55,986 bases of DNA, taken from assembly GCA_017959365.1 (NCBI GenBank), contig JAGDAU010000109.1, forward strand, positions 1-55,986, given 5' to 3'. This document shows positions 9,242 to 20,146 of the stretch, piece by piece (position 1 is the first letter of the stretch; every line of letters starts with the position of its first letter). Under the pieces are notes generated by a model, which saw only the letters and a program-made list of their open reading frames with translations, searched no databases and was not told the DNA's origin. This DNA is from Prevotella sp. (lineage in GTDB: Bacteria > Bacteroidota > Bacteroidia > Bacteroidales > Bacteroidaceae). A program made the position numbers and the translations under genes.

Positions 9242-11683
9242 TTACATCTCCACCTCTACCTCATGTTGTCCTTGTAATGCGGGTACCACATTACCGTCTA
9301 TTTTCTTTCCGTCAAGAGTGATGCTCTTAACACCCTTGTTGCTACCGTTGGGATTCCTGATGTGAATGGTGTATTCCGCACCGCGGAATTTACGTTTTAC
9401 GGTATATTCCTTTGCGGTTGACGGCAGACACGGGTCTATGAGCAGTCCATCGTAGTCGGGTTTAATGCCAAGGATAAACTCGCTCACGGTGTACCACATC
9501 CATGCGGCAGTACCTGTTAACCAAGAGTTTTTACCCTCTCCGGGGCGGTAGGCGTCCTTGCCGGCTACCATTTGACAGTTAACGTAAGGTTCCACTTTGT
9601 GCAGTGTGGAGTATTTCTCCTCTACGTAACTGGGTAAAATCTTCCGATAGTGATTCCAGGCGTCGTCGCCGCGTCCAGCCAGTGTCTCGCCAATGATTAC
9701 CCATGGGTTGTTATGACAGAAAATACCGGCATTCTCTTTATATCCCTCTGGATAACTGCTTAGCTCGCCCATCTCCACATGATAAGTGGTGTATGCGGGA
9801 TTGTTGAGTACTATACCATGCTCACACTCTAAGCGCTCCTTAACAGAGTCAAGTGCTTTGGTGACCATGCCATCCTCACTGCCAATCTCTGCCATAGTAC
9901 ACCATCCCTGGCTTTCTATGAAGATTTTTCCTTCTTCATTCTCGTTGCTACCAATCTTATTGCCAAAGAAATCGTATGCTCTGAGATACCATTCACCGTC
10001 CCATCCATGTTTCTTGACGGCTTCGGTCATGTCATCCACAGCCTTTTGGGCGCGGTCAGCTTCGGTATGGTTACCTATCTTCTTGCACAACTCAACATAA
10101 TCCTTGCCTGTAACGACAAACAGACCGGCAATCATGAGACTCTCTGCTTTAGTTCCCTCGCTCTTATTCTCTGTTGTCTGGAAACTCTCGTTTGGATCCC
10201 AAGAGAAGCAGTTAAGGTTCAGACAGTCATTCCAGTCGGCACGACCTATTAATGGTAGTCGGTGAGGACCAAGATTGTTGATGACATGGTTGAAGCTGAC
10301 TTTCAGATGCTCAAATAGCGTCACCTCAGAACCTGGCTCATTGTCAAATGGAACCATTTCGTCAAGTATGCTAAAGTCGCCGGTCTCTTTGATATATGCT
10401 ACGGTACCGAAAATAAGCCAGCATGGGTCATCGTTAAATCCTCCACCTATGTCGTTGTTGCCACGTTTAGTAAGTGGCTGATACTGGTGATAACACCCGC
10501 CATCAGGAAATTGTGTTGAAGAAATGTCGATGATGCGCTCTCTTGCTCTTGCTGGTATCTGATGTACGAATCCCACAAGATCCTGATTGCTATCGCGGAA
10601 TCCCATTCCTCTGCCTATGCCGCTTTCAAAGAAACTGGCTGAGCGGGACATGTTGAATGTTACCATACACTGATACTGGTTCCATATATTAACCATACGG
10701 TCGAGTTTGTCGTTTCCTGTGGTTACACTATAGATGCTTAACAGTTCGTCCCAGTATTTACATAGTTCTTTGTATGCTTGGTCAACTTTCTCGGTGGTAT
10801 TGAAACGTTCTATTAACGCCTCTGCCTTTTCTTTGTTAATCACCTGTGGTGCAGCAAACTTCGTGTCCTGCTCATTCTCGATGTATCCCAGTAAGAATAT
10901 CAGGTTACGCTCCTCGCCTGGTGCGAGTGTTATCTCTATATAGTGTGATGCTATCGGGCTCCATCCGTGGGCGTGGCTGTTACGTGGTTTTCCCTCCATT
11001 ACAGCCTCTGGCTCATTAGTGCTGTTATATAGTCCCATAAATGTCTCACGGTCGGTGTCAAAACCGTCAACGGGCACGTTAACATTATAAAAGGCATAAT
11101 GGTTACGACGCTCACGGTATTCGGTTTTGTGGTATATGGTGCTGCCAACAATCTCTACCTCTCCTGTGGAGAAGTTACGCTGGAAATTCTCCATGTCTGT
11201 TGCGGCATTCCACAGACACCACTCTTCGTAGGAAAACAGCTTTATTACTTTTTCTTTGTCTGTTGTGTTCTTAATGGTCATCTTCTGCACTTCCGCCCAT
11301 GTCTTAAGAGGAATAAAGAACAATATGCTTGCCTCTATGCCGTCTTTGCGGCCAGTGATACGTGTATATCCCATGCCGTGGCGACACTCGTAAAAGTCGA
11401 GTGGTGTCTTCATGGGTTTCCATCCCGGACTCCACACTGTGTCGCCGTCTTTGATATAGAAGTATCTTCCGCCATTGTCCATCGGCACATTGTTGTAGCG
11501 GTAACGTGTCAGTCGGCGGAATTTTGCGTCTTTGTAGAACGAGTATCCACCTGCCGTATTGGAGATGAGTGAGAAAAAGTCCTCATTGCCAAGATAGTTG
11601 ATCCACGGCCACGGTGTCTTCGGGTCGGTTATCACATACTCCCTGTTAAGGTCGTCAAAATGACCATATTTCTTGTTTTCCAT
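9242..11683 (-). CDS. GH94 glycoside phosphorylase (cellobiose phosphorylase-like)
   Basis: [48 protein letters not shown] and SWLTGTAAW motifs; 813 aa. Confidence 0.9.
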   Translation of the reverse strand: MENKKYGHFDDLNREYVITDPKTPWPWINYLGNEDFFSLISNTAGGYSFYKDAKFRRLTRYRYNNVPMDNGGRYFYIKDGDTVWSPGWKPMKTPLDFYECRHGMGYTRITGRKDGIEASILFFIPLKTWAEVQKMTIKNTTDKEKVIKLFSYEEWCLWNAATDMENFQRNFSTGEVEIVGSTIYHKTEYRERRNHYAFYNVNVPVDGFDTDRETFMGLYNSTNEPEAVMEGKPRNSHAHGWSPIASHYIEITLAPGEERNLIFLLGYIENEQDTKFAAPQVINKEKAEALIERFNTTEKVDQAYKELCKYWDELLSIYSVTTGNDKLDRMVNIWNQYQCMVTFNMSRSASFFESGIGRGMGFRDSNQDLVGFVHQIPARARERIIDISSTQFPDGGCYHQYQPLTKRGNNDIGGGFNDDPCWLIFGTVAYIKETGDFSILDEMVPFDNEPGSEVTLFEHLKVSFNHVINNLGPHRLPLIGRADWNDCLNLNCFSWDPNESFQTTENKSEGTKAESLMIAGLFVVTGKDYVELCKKIGNHTEADRAQKAVDDMTEAVKKHGWDGEWYLRAYDFFGNKIGSNENEEGKIFIESQGWCTMAEIGSEDGMVTKALDSVKERLECEHGIVLNNPAYTTYHVEMGELSSYPEGYKENAGIFCHNNPWVIIGETLAGRGDDAWNHYRKILPSYVEEKYSTLHKVEPYVNCQMVAGKDAYRPGEGKNSWLTGTAAWMWYTVSEFILGIKPDYDGLLIDPCLPSTAKEYTVKRKFRGAEYTIHIRNPNGSNKGVKSITLDGKKIDGNVVPALQGQHEVEVEM

Positions 11684-11800
11684 TGTTGTAATATGTTATA
11701 TTTGATTATAATGTTATTATTTTTGTTATGACATTTTGTGTTATGCTCTAAAATGTTGCAAAGTTAGCTAATATTTAGATGAAATGCAAGAAATTTAACT

Positions 11801-13870
11801 TCATTTAGAAACAAAAATCCTTGCGTCAACAGCAGTCACGTTGTCAGAGTCGGCAAGCAACGGATTGAGGTCTATCTCTTTTATTTCAGTGGCAAAGCGG
11901 AGTAGGGTAGAGAGCCTGACGATAATCTCGGCATAGCGTTGTTCGTTGATACCCTTTTGGCCTCGTGTGCCTTTAATAATCTTATATCCTCTTAATGACC
12001 GTATCATAGAGTATGCCTCATTATAGGTGAGTGGGGCAAGACCGCTTTGTACATCTCTTAGCACTTCAACGAAGATTCCACCTAATCCGCATAATACCAC
12101 ATGTCCGAATTTCTCTTCGTATTTGGCACCGATAAACAGTTCCGTACCACTAAGCATCTTCTGTACCATTACAGCCGTAGCTCCATCTATAGCCATCATA
12201 CGCTCGTATTCAAGTAACAAGTGCTCACGGCTACGGATGTTGAGTGCTACACCACCGACATCACTCTTGTGAACAGGTCCTACCACCTTTGCCACTACAG
12301 GATAACCTACTTGTTCCGCAAAAGAACACAGTTTCTCCTTATCGTTACTGACCAATTCCGGCACTACGGGTATTCCTGCACATTGGAGAAGTTGGCGAAC
12401 AAGGTCGGGGCATATAAATCCTGTATCCTTAATACCGCTAATGATGTCTCTTATACGTGGTACGTTAACGCCAAACAGTTCTATCTCCGGCGCCGCGGGA
12501 GCTGGTGTCTTATTTATTTGTGTCATTGCGGTTGCCAATGTCACTTCGTCACTGAAATTGACATGACCGCGGCTTAGAAACTCTGCCACCTCTGGTCCGG
12601 CGGTGTGTACGCTTGGCAGTATGGGAAATATTGGTTTGCTGCATTCTTCTATTTTTTTATGTAGCACATCGTATGCCTCATATAAAGTTACAAGGCCGGG
12701 ACTTCCGAAGATCACAAAAATGCCGTCGATGTTGTCAAACTTCTTTTCGCAGTAGTCAATGGCAATGCCGAGATGTTCCGGTGTTCCCGTAGCCAGGATG
12801 TCAATAGGATTTGTCACGGCTGCTCCTGGATACAATTTGCTTTTCAGTTCGTCACAGGTGTCACCCTCAAGCTTGGGTACATTAAAACCACCTTTTGAGA
12901 GGGCGTCGGTGAGCATCACGCCAGGTCCTCCAGCATGTGTTACAATGGCGAAGTTGTTGAGCTTAAAAGGTTTGTCCCCTAATGTGGTGAAGATGCATCC
13001 CAAGGTTGTGAGTTCTTCTCTGGAGAAGCACCTTACAATACCGGCTTTCCTGAAAAGAGCCTCTACGGCACTGTCACTGGATGCTATGGCACCTGTATGG
13101 CTTGACGCTGCCCGGCTGCCGCTCTCACTGCTGCCAGCCTTTATTGCGGCTATCTTACACCCTTTCCTTATCAGAGAACTCGCGTGGAATAGTAATTTGT
13201 CAGGATTAGAGATGTTTTCTATATAGAGGAGTTTGACTTTTGGACTTGTCTTTGGGTCAAAGGTCTCGTCCATATATTGTAAAACATCTTCTATTCCAAT
13301 CAGTTTGCCGTTGCCAATAGACCATACGCTGTTAAAAGGTAGTCCCTTGCTTACGGCAGACTCCAGGATGAATACCACCGTCGCGCCACTTCCCGATATG
13401 AGGTCAGCCCCTTTTTCGCTCAGTTTTGGTATGGGCTTCGTGAATACGCTGTTATGCCAAGCGTTAAGCAAACCGATGCAATTAGGACCTATTAATGCGG
13501 CTTGATACTTTTGGCATGTTTCAATAATGCGTTCCTCCAACAAGGCTCCCTCTTTAGTCTCTTCGCTGAAGCCGGCACTTATTATGATAAATGCCCTTAC
13601 ACCCTTTTCGCTTGCTAAGTATTCCACATAGTCCGGGCAGTATTTAGCGGCTACAACAAGTATAGCCATGTCTGTTTTGGGTATTTCTTTCACGTCATGG
13701 TATGCTTTAATGCCTTGTATGCTGTCTTCTTTAGGGTTTACAATGCGAAGCATTCCTTTGTATCCGCCACCAACAATGTTTCTCACTATGGCTCCGCCAG
13801 GTTTGTGTGTGTTGTTAGAACCACCAATAACGACAATGCTCTCTGGACGAAGTAATTGTTTATTTATCAT
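11801..13870 (-). CDS. ADP-forming acetate/acyl-CoA synthetase, fused alpha-beta
   Basis: CoA-binding N-terminus, GPNCIG, AASSHTGAIA phospho-His motif, HKSDVGGV and EIDLNPL ATP-grasp motifs. Confidence 0.9.
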   Translation of the reverse strand: MINKQLLRPESIVVIGGSNNTHKPGGAIVRNIVGGGYKGMLRIVNPKEDSIQGIKAYHDVKEIPKTDMAILVVAAKYCPDYVEYLASEKGVRAFIIISAGFSEETKEGALLEERIIETCQKYQAALIGPNCIGLLNAWHNSVFTKPIPKLSEKGADLISGSGATVVFILESAVSKGLPFNSVWSIGNGKLIGIEDVLQYMDETFDPKTSPKVKLLYIENISNPDKLLFHASSLIRKGCKIAAIKAGSSESGSRAASSHTGAIASSDSAVEALFRKAGIVRCFSREELTTLGCIFTTLGDKPFKLNNFAIVTHAGGPGVMLTDALSKGGFNVPKLEGDTCDELKSKLYPGAAVTNPIDILATGTPEHLGIAIDYCEKKFDNIDGIFVIFGSPGLVTLYEAYDVLHKKIEECSKPIFPILPSVHTAGPEVAEFLSRGHVNFSDEVTLATAMTQINKTPAPAAPEIELFGVNVPRIRDIISGIKDTGFICPDLVRQLLQCAGIPVVPELVSNDKEKLCSFAEQVGYPVVAKVVGPVHKSDVGGVALNIRSREHLLLEYERMMAIDGATAVMVQKMLSGTELFIGAKYEEKFGHVVLCGLGGIFVEVLRDVQSGLAPLTYNEAYSMIRSLRGYKIIKGTRGQKGINEQRYAEIIVRLSTLLRFATEIKEIDLNPLLADSDNVTAVDARIFVSK

Positions 13871-13954
13871 GGTGTTAGTTTTGATTATATGTTTGATTGC
13901 GCAAAATTATAAATAAAAAACTAAACAGCCAAATATTTAATGTAATAAAAAACG

Positions 13955-13979
13955 AAAAAAGGTGGACGCTTTGTCCACC
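13955..13979 (-). terminator. Intrinsic terminator of rpoD
   Basis: ggtggac/gtccacc stem with an A6 tract that reads as a U tract on the minus strand. Confidence 0.75.
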
Positions 13980-14021
13980 AATGAAAAATAGAAAAGAGTG
14001 TAATAACACAGTCTCTTTATC

Positions 14022-14894
14022 TTATCCTAAATATTTCATAAGAATTTTTGCATTGCCGCTGTCGCGCAACTTGGCAATACTTTTCTCACGTATCTGGCGC
14101 ACACGCTCGCGCGTCAACCCTAATTGGTCGCCAATCTCCTCAAGGCCCTTCTCGTGACATCCTATGCCAAAGCACTCGAGGATTATGGTTATCTCCCTCT
14201 CTTTGAGTACTTTGTTGAGTACGGAGTTAAGTTCTAAGGCCATTGACTCATGATCCACCTGGCGGTCTGTGCGGCTGTCGTCACCGCTCGGCATAACGTC
14301 AAGCATACAATTGTCTTCACCGTCTTGGAATGGTGCGTCTATTGATACATGATGACCGTCAGCCATGAGGCTTTGAGAGATCTTGTCTTCATCGAGGTTG
14401 GTGCTTTCGCTTAACTCTGACACAGACGGGTGTCTTTGGTGCTCTTGCTCGAAGCGATTAATCTCATGATTGATTTTGTTAAGTGACCCAACCTGATTTA
14501 GTGGCAACCTGACGATTCGGCTTTGTTCGGCTATGGCTTGCAATATACTCTGGCGTATCCACCAGACGGCGTATGAGATAAATTTAAATCCCCTTGTCTC
14601 GTCAAATTTCTGTGCAGCCTTGATTAGTCCGATATTACCCTCGTCAATAAGGTCGGTAAGTGTGAGACCTTGATGTTGGTACTGTTTTGCAACAGATACC
14701 ACAAAACGCAGGTTGGCTGTAACCAACTTGTCTTTTGCCCTTTCGCCCTCAGGTCCTCCCTTTTTTATTTTCTGTGCTAACTCTATTTCTTCTTCAATAG
14801 AAATAAGTGGAGCACGTCCGATCTCAACAAGATACTTGTCAAGAGCCTCGCTGGAACGATTGGTGATACTTTTTTGAATTTTTAATTGCCTCAT
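14022..14894 (-). CDS. rpoD: Primary RNA polymerase sigma factor (Bacteroidetes type, no region 1.1)
   Basis: MRQLKIQKSITNR start, ANLRFVVSVAKQY, GFKFISYAVWWIRQ and TRERVRQI. Confidence 0.95.
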   Translation of the reverse strand: MRQLKIQKSITNRSSEALDKYLVEIGRAPLISIEEEIELAQKIKKGGPEGERAKDKLVTANLRFVVSVAKQYQHQGLTLTDLIDEGNIGLIKAAQKFDETRGFKFISYAVWWIRQSILQAIAEQSRIVRLPLNQVGSLNKINHEINRFEQEHQRHPSVSELSESTNLDEDKISQSLMADGHHVSIDAPFQDGEDNCMLDVMPSGDDSRTDRQVDHESMALELNSVLNKVLKEREITIILECFGIGCHEKGLEEIGDQLGLTRERVRQIREKSIAKLRDSGNAKILMKYLG

Positions 14895-15040
14895 CTTTTC
14901 TACCTTAATACCCTAAGTTGTTGATTATTAGGTTAATGCATTGGATTAACCGTAAAGTCTTGCAAAATTACACACTTTTTCGCAAACATTGTGTAAATAT
15001 TTACGAAAAAGTGTGTTAAATAAAGTTAATGTAAATATTG

Positions 15041-15556
15041 TTATTTATATTTCTTTTTAATATCTGCAAGTGCTTTTTCCCAATCTGTATTCAGTGAGAA
15101 ACGCGTCAGAAAATCATTGCGGTTGAAATATGCAAGGGTGAGTTCTGTATCTTGGTCAACAAAACGTGGATTCTTCAAACTTGCCTCAATGAAGTCTGCT
15201 TCAATTTTCTTTTTCTGCTTTTCTTTCTCTGCCTTGCCCAAGTTCTTTATATATAGGTTTACGAAGTCATACATTGCGTAAGCCTGAAATTCCAATATAT
15301 CAGAAGAGCTGTCTGGCATTTGTTCTAATGAACGTTGAAACATATAGTCAAGAGCGTCTACCTTGAATGTAAATACTTTCCTTAACTCTAAAGAGTTGCT
15401 TGTGTCGTTTGCACCCACTTCAGACAGTCTGCGTATCTCCAGCCATACAGACGGTCTGTTGTAAGCCTGTTGGGTACTGTCAATAACCATTGTTTGAGCC
15501 ATGCCGTCGGTCAGTGAGATGACCATCAGCGCGATCAATAAAATTGCTTTTTTCAT
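15041..15556 (-). CDS. Exported hypothetical protein
   Basis: Clear signal peptide (MKKAILL...GMAQ), 171 aa, no recognised domain. Confidence 0.7.
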   Translation of the reverse strand: MKKAILLIALMVISLTDGMAQTMVIDSTQQAYNRPSVWLEIRRLSEVGANDTSNSLELRKVFTFKVDALDYMFQRSLEQMPDSSSDILEFQAYAMYDFVNLYIKNLGKAEKEKQKKKIEADFIEASLKNPRFVDQDTELTLAYFNRNDFLTRFSLNTDWEKALADIKKKYK

Positions 15557-15609
15557 TTTTTTGTTTTTTCCTATTAACGTGCTAATTATATTATTATTAT
15601 ATATAGCTA

Positions 15610-17109
15610 TTATTTTAATGACGCATCTCTGCTTGTTTGGTTTAATGTCTTGACGTTTGTGATGCAGTTGGGTAACTCATCGTCATAATGAGTAACCATA
15701 ATGAGTGTTTTCTCTGGTCTGCTGAAAAAAAATTCTATAATTTCTTTCACTTTTGCCCTGTTGGGGATATCTAAACCGTGCAGTGGCTCATCAAGTATAA
15801 GCAGGTCTGGGTCTTTCACGAATGCTCTTGCAATGAGTGCTAACCGCTGTTCGCCGCTTGAAAGTTGTTGAAATGGTTTTTCTCTCAGTCCTTCTATTCC
15901 AAACACCTTCATCCAGGCAAGACATCTGTCAATTTCCTCTTCTGATGGTTTGAAATAAAGACCAATGGAGTCGCGTAAACCACTTGCTACAACCTTTAAG
16001 GCTGGTATATTCATTCTATAAGAGCGGTGCATCTCAGGCGACACATATCCTATGTTTTTCTTTATGTCCCATATGCTTTCGCCTTGTCCGCGTTGGTATC
16101 CGAACAGTCTGATGTCACAGGCATACCCTTGTGGGTTGTCAGCGCAAATAAGACTCAGCAGCGTCGATTTCCCTGAACCGTTGCGCCCTTTCAGCGCCCA
16201 TCGCTCTCCTTTTTTCACTTGCCAAGAGAGGTTGTCCAGTATAGTGTGATTGCCATAGCGTATAGTGACGTTATTGAAACACACCATTTCTTTTTTGTTA
16301 TCGATAGTGTCTTTTGATGACGGTAATGATAATAGCCATTGTCTTGTGGCTTCTGGAAGTGGCGTTTTATGCCATTCGTATAGATAACTCAGGGTGTCAT
16401 ATTCTGTTTTCTGTCCTACGCATCGGTCTTCCACTTCTACCACATGGGTGATGAATGGTGGTATCTCATCGGTTTTTGAAAGTACAAGTATTATTTGTAT
16501 TCTCATTTGCTTGACCAACAGTTCGAGCAGTTCGCATAATTGTTGGCGTGATGGTGCGTCAAGACCGATAAACGGACTCTCGATAATCAGGACTCTTGGT
16601 TTTGACAGTAAAGCTCTTGTCAGCTGGAATTTCCTTAGCTCGCCGCTTGACAGCATCAGGATGGGTTTTGTCAGCAGTTCGCTCATGTTAAACAACTCAG
16701 TGAGCTGATGACGTATTTTGTCGCTATCCTGTTTGTTTAACCCTGCCAAGTTGCATTCCTTGTCAAGCAGTTGTGAGGCTGTTGGCAAATCATCCTCTAT
16801 TTCATGCTGGTTCCATCGTTTCTGCAGATAGTAAGTGGAATCCCCCTCGCCATAGCTGTCGTACAAAGTGATATGGCGTATGTTCTCGGATGCGAGTTTT
16901 GATGTGGATGGTGAGAAGTCATATTTCACTTCTGATTGGCATAGTGGGTGTTTGCCCGTTATTATGTCAACAAGAAGACTCTTACCTCCACCGTTAGGGC
17001 CAAGTATAGCTATATGCTCACCGTCTGCAAGTGAGAAGTTTACCGGCTTGTTAAGGCTCCACTCCGGATTTCTTACAATCCCATTCCTTATCTCAATTAT
17101 CTTTTGCAT
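15610..17109 (-). CDS. ModF-like double ABC ATPase
   Basis: Two Walker A motifs (GPNGGGKS, GRNGSGKS), two LSSGE signatures, GESIWDIKKNIGYVSPE; no TM domain. Confidence 0.85.
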   Translation of the reverse strand: MQKIIEIRNGIVRNPEWSLNKPVNFSLADGEHIAILGPNGGGKSLLVDIITGKHPLCQSEVKYDFSPSTSKLASENIRHITLYDSYGEGDSTYYLQKRWNQHEIEDDLPTASQLLDKECNLAGLNKQDSDKIRHQLTELFNMSELLTKPILMLSSGELRKFQLTRALLSKPRVLIIESPFIGLDAPSRQQLCELLELLVKQMRIQIILVLSKTDEIPPFITHVVEVEDRCVGQKTEYDTLSYLYEWHKTPLPEATRQWLLSLPSSKDTIDNKKEMVCFNNVTIRYGNHTILDNLSWQVKKGERWALKGRNGSGKSTLLSLICADNPQGYACDIRLFGYQRGQGESIWDIKKNIGYVSPEMHRSYRMNIPALKVVASGLRDSIGLYFKPSEEEIDRCLAWMKVFGIEGLREKPFQQLSSGEQRLALIARAFVKDPDLLILDEPLHGLDIPNRAKVKEIIEFFFSRPEKTLIMVTHYDDELPNCITNVKTLNQTSRDASLK

Positions 17110-17118
17110 AATAGCACT

Positions 17119-17688
17119 TTATGTGTCTCCGTGTACACGCTTTTTGTTTTTTGTGACGAAGTCTTTCCATCCTCCATAGCTTTTTGCCCCTGTGTCTGGA
17201 ATGCCTTGTTGCAGAAAATGGCAGTAGGCGGCTCCCAAAGCGTCTGTGGCATCCATGAATTTTGGCATTTCTTTTTCTTCCAGGCATAAAAGGCGCTTTA
17301 GCATACCAGCCACCTGTTCCTTGCTTGCACTGCCATTGCCGGTGATAGCCATTTTTATTTTCAGTGGCGCATATTCGTGTATGGGCACCTGTCTGTTTAT
17401 TGCCGCGGCGATGGCGACACCTTGTGCCCTGCCTAATTTAAGCATCGACTGCACATTCTTGCCGAAGAAAGGTGCCTCGATGGCGAGTTCGTCTGGCAGG
17501 TATTCCTCAATCAGTCCAGTGACACGGTTGAAGACATGTCCGAGGCGCAGATATGGGTCATCTTGTCTTCTCATGTCTATGACTCCCATTGCCACCATTG
17601 ATGCTTTATTGCCGACGACGCTGATAACCCCATAGCCCATAACATTTGTACCGGGGTCTATTCCCATTATGATTTTCTCTGTAGGCAT
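17119..17688 (-). CDS. ruvC: Holliday junction resolvase RuvC
   Basis: [35 protein letters not shown] and DATDAL. Confidence 0.96.
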   Translation of the reverse strand: MPTEKIIMGIDPGTNVMGYGVISVVGNKASMVAMGVIDMRRQDDPYLRLGHVFNRVTGLIEEYLPDELAIEAPFFGKNVQSMLKLGRAQGVAIAAAINRQVPIHEYAPLKIKMAITGNGSASKEQVAGMLKRLLCLEEKEMPKFMDATDALGAAYCHFLQQGIPDTGAKSYGGWKDFVTKNKKRVHGDT

Positions 17689-17704
17689 TACTGGTTATAA
17701 GGTC

Positions 17705-18349
17705 TTAACGTTCCATATATGGATTCTTGCTTAGTTCATAACCTATGCTTGTGGGTTCTCCGTGACCGGAATACACTTTTGTGTCATCTGGCAGTTGAGA
17801 CAGGAGTCTTAGGCTGTTGATCATCATAAACATAGAACCTCCAGGTAGATCGGTGCGTCCTATTGAGAGGCGGAATAGTGTATCACCGGTGAAAGCCACA
17901 CTCTCCTGTTCATCGTAGAAGGTCATGCTGCCCTGCGTATGTCCCGGGGTGTGTATGCACTGCAACTTATGAGTACCGTATGTGATTATCTCATTCTCTT
18001 CCAGCAGATGCACAGGAGCCGGAAAGTCGTTGTCTAATGTCATGGCAAAATAGTCTATGGCCTGTTGCTTGATGTCACATAGCAGTCTCTCATCTCCAGC
18101 CTGAACCTCCGGCCATAGTCCGTAAGCCTTGAATATGGTGTCTATGCCGAAGTTGTGGTCCAGATGGCCATGTGTACATAGCAGGTGTTTGGGCAGAAGT
18201 CCCTCTTGTGATATATATTCCGTTATAGCATTACGCTCGTTTTCATCAAATGCCCCACAGTCTATAATAACACACTCCTTAGTCTCGTCACTTACCACAT
18301 AACAGTTCTCCTGTAGCACATTGACACAAAATCTCTTTATATTTATCAT
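17705..18349 (-). CDS. MBL-fold metallo-hydrolase (glyoxalase II / GloC-like)
   Basis: ENCYVV, THGHLDH, TPGHTQGS, FTGDTLF, IGRTDLPGG and SGHG. Confidence 0.88.
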   Translation of the reverse strand: MINIKRFCVNVLQENCYVVSDETKECVIIDCGAFDENERNAITEYISQEGLLPKHLLCTHGHLDHNFGIDTIFKAYGLWPEVQAGDERLLCDIKQQAIDYFAMTLDNDFPAPVHLLEENEIITYGTHKLQCIHTPGHTQGSMTFYDEQESVAFTGDTLFRLSIGRTDLPGGSMFMMINSLRLLSQLPDDTKVYSGHGEPTSIGYELSKNPYMER

Positions 18350-18393
18350 GTTTCTTATTATTTATCATTGTTGAATCGTTGCGCACATAAATT

Positions 18394-19014
18394 TCATAAA
18401 GGCAAATAAATGATATTTTTCCCCTCAAACCAATCCTCACGGAAATAGTTGCTGATAGGCTCTGTCTCTACCTTTTTTCCTAAAGGGTTGAGCTCCTTGG
18501 CCAGTTCTCCGCCTTTAAGACATATAATACCGTTGAGTATGGAGTTGCGCTGGATAGGGGAAATGTTCTTGCGGCACAGTCTGACGAGATCAGGCATAGG
18601 CATTACGGCGCGGCTTACGATAAAGTCGTATTTGCCCTTTTCTTCCTCAGCGCGTTCATGCAATGCCTCAATATTTTTCAGTCCTATAGCCTCTGCCACA
18701 GCTTTTACCACGGTAATCTTCTTGTTTGTGCCGTCAATAAGTCGGAATTGACATTTCGGATTCATAATTGCCAATGGTATCCCTGGAAAACCTCCGCCTG
18801 TACCGATGTCTAATAATCTTGTTCCCGGTTGGAATGTCACAAACTTCTGTATTGCCAATGAGTGAAGCACGTGATGACAATACAGGTTATCTATATCCTT
18901 GCGGGATATGACATTTATCTTAGAGTTCCACTCACGGTAAAGAGTGTCAAGTGCGGCCATCTGATGCTCTTGCTCCTCTGTGAGGTGTGGAAAGTATTTC
19001 CTTATTTCTTCCAT
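18394..19014 (-). CDS. rsmG: 16S rRNA m7G527 methyltransferase
   Basis: WNSKINVISRK, HVLHSL, DIGTGGGFPGIPLAI, VSRAV and LKGG. Confidence 0.95.
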   Translation of the reverse strand: MEEIRKYFPHLTEEQEHQMAALDTLYREWNSKINVISRKDIDNLYCHHVLHSLAIQKFVTFQPGTRLLDIGTGGGFPGIPLAIMNPKCQFRLIDGTNKKITVVKAVAEAIGLKNIEALHERAEEEKGKYDFIVSRAVMPMPDLVRLCRKNISPIQRNSILNGIICLKGGELAKELNPLGKKVETEPISNYFREDWFEGKNIIYLPL

Positions 19015-19820
19015 GTTATGTTGCTTATAATAGTATTTGGTATGTTTAGGAGTATCTCGCCTTTGTCCATCGAGGCTATCTCGCCAGCTTGATAAATGAA
19101 TGTGATGTTGTTGTCATTGACAATGAAATTCTCTGGTGCGTAAGGTTCTGTGGCCACTAAGATACCTTCCTCCCTTAGTCCTTCTATATTGCTGGCGCCG
19201 AAGATGTCTTGTAGTCCTTGACAAATGATGTCGTTCAGCTGTTTTTCACTGCCGGGTACGAAGATATCCTCCAGATGCTGTTGTTCTCCTGTCTTAGGAT
19301 TGAAAATCCTCGCTATTGTCTGGGTTACTTCGTCAGTGCCACCCTGAAACATCGTTATTCGTGACACATAACATACAAAATCTCTGGCTCCCTTTGTCGT
19401 AGATGTCTCAACAGTGTATTTCCAGTCCAACATATCGCTTGTACCTGTTTGTCTATACATGTCCATAACATCCTGTTTATAATCAGCAGCGTATGCTTTT
19501 ATAAATTCCTTTATGGCAGACTGAGTATCTTTGATGTTTGTTAAAGCCAGATAATCCGGCACTAATATGCCAGATTTCAGTATGCTGTCGTTCAATTTCT
19601 TGTTATTTTGAGAATATTGTATGCTGAGATGTATTGTTGCCGTAGGACTGTCTGTGCTGTCATTGAATAACTTTATAATGGTGTCTGCTACACAAGTGGT
19701 GAAGCCAGAGATGGTGCCTCCTGATACAGTACCTTTAGTCGCCTTCTCTCTACAACCCGTTATAAGCAATGCCCCTGCCAGGGTAACTGCCATTATCGTA
19801 TTATATAAATACTTACTCAC
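19002..19820 (-). CDS. RsiV/DUF3298-like lipoprotein
   Basis: Lipobox LITGC; C-terminal FNPKTG..LEDIF, ENF and FIYQAGEIA..G pattern. The start (GTG) is uncertain. Confidence 0.65.
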   Translation of the reverse strand: MSKYLYNTIMAVTLAGALLITGCREKATKGTVSGGTISGFTTCVADTIIKLFNDSTDSPTATIHLSIQYSQNNKKLNDSILKSGILVPDYLALTNIKDTQSAIKEFIKAYAADYKQDVMDMYRQTGTSDMLDWKYTVETSTTKGARDFVCYVSRITMFQGGTDEVTQTIARIFNPKTGEQQHLEDIFVPGSEKQLNDIICQGLQDIFGASNIEGLREEGILVATEPYAPENFIVNDNNITFIYQAGEIASMDKGEILLNIPNTIISNITWKK

Positions 19821-20016
19821 TGGTCATTTGTCTTTAAATAATTACAATAATTGTTATCAGTTGGCAAAGGTAGTCATTATTTTCGACAAATCTCACAAAA
19901 GACGAAAAAAAACGGCATTTTCTCATTTATAATTGTTTCAATATGTTAAATGGCTGAATTTGTGGTATTTTATCGTAAACGTTTGCGTGTTTTTTTAGAA
20001 AAAAAGAAAGTTTTTT

Positions 20017-20048
20017 TTTGATGTGTGTTTTCTAAATTTGTAATTTTG
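20017..20048 (+). promoter_or_regulatory. Primary sigma promoter TTTG-N20-TAATTTTG
   Basis: Exact consensus and spacing, with no credible CDS before the next terminator. Confidence 0.7.
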
Positions 20049-20052
20049 CCGC

Positions 20053-20146
20053 GTAATAAAGATTTTCAGGACATAACTACGAGCTAATTGCTAAGTACAA
20101 ATGGAAATAAGCCCCGACAATGAGTCGGGGTCGTTTTCTTTTTTTT
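20053..20146 (+). ncRNA. Candidate small RNA of about 90 nt
   Basis: Bounded by a consensus promoter and a strong intrinsic terminator. The 5' end is approximate. Confidence 0.55.
20111..20146 (+). terminator. Intrinsic terminator
   Basis: gccccgac-aatga-gtcggggt stem-loop followed by a long T tract. Confidence 0.85.

Noticed and set aside
15610-17109. Molybdate transport system
   Set aside because: Only the ModF-like ATPase is present, with no modABC. This orphan state is usual for the family.
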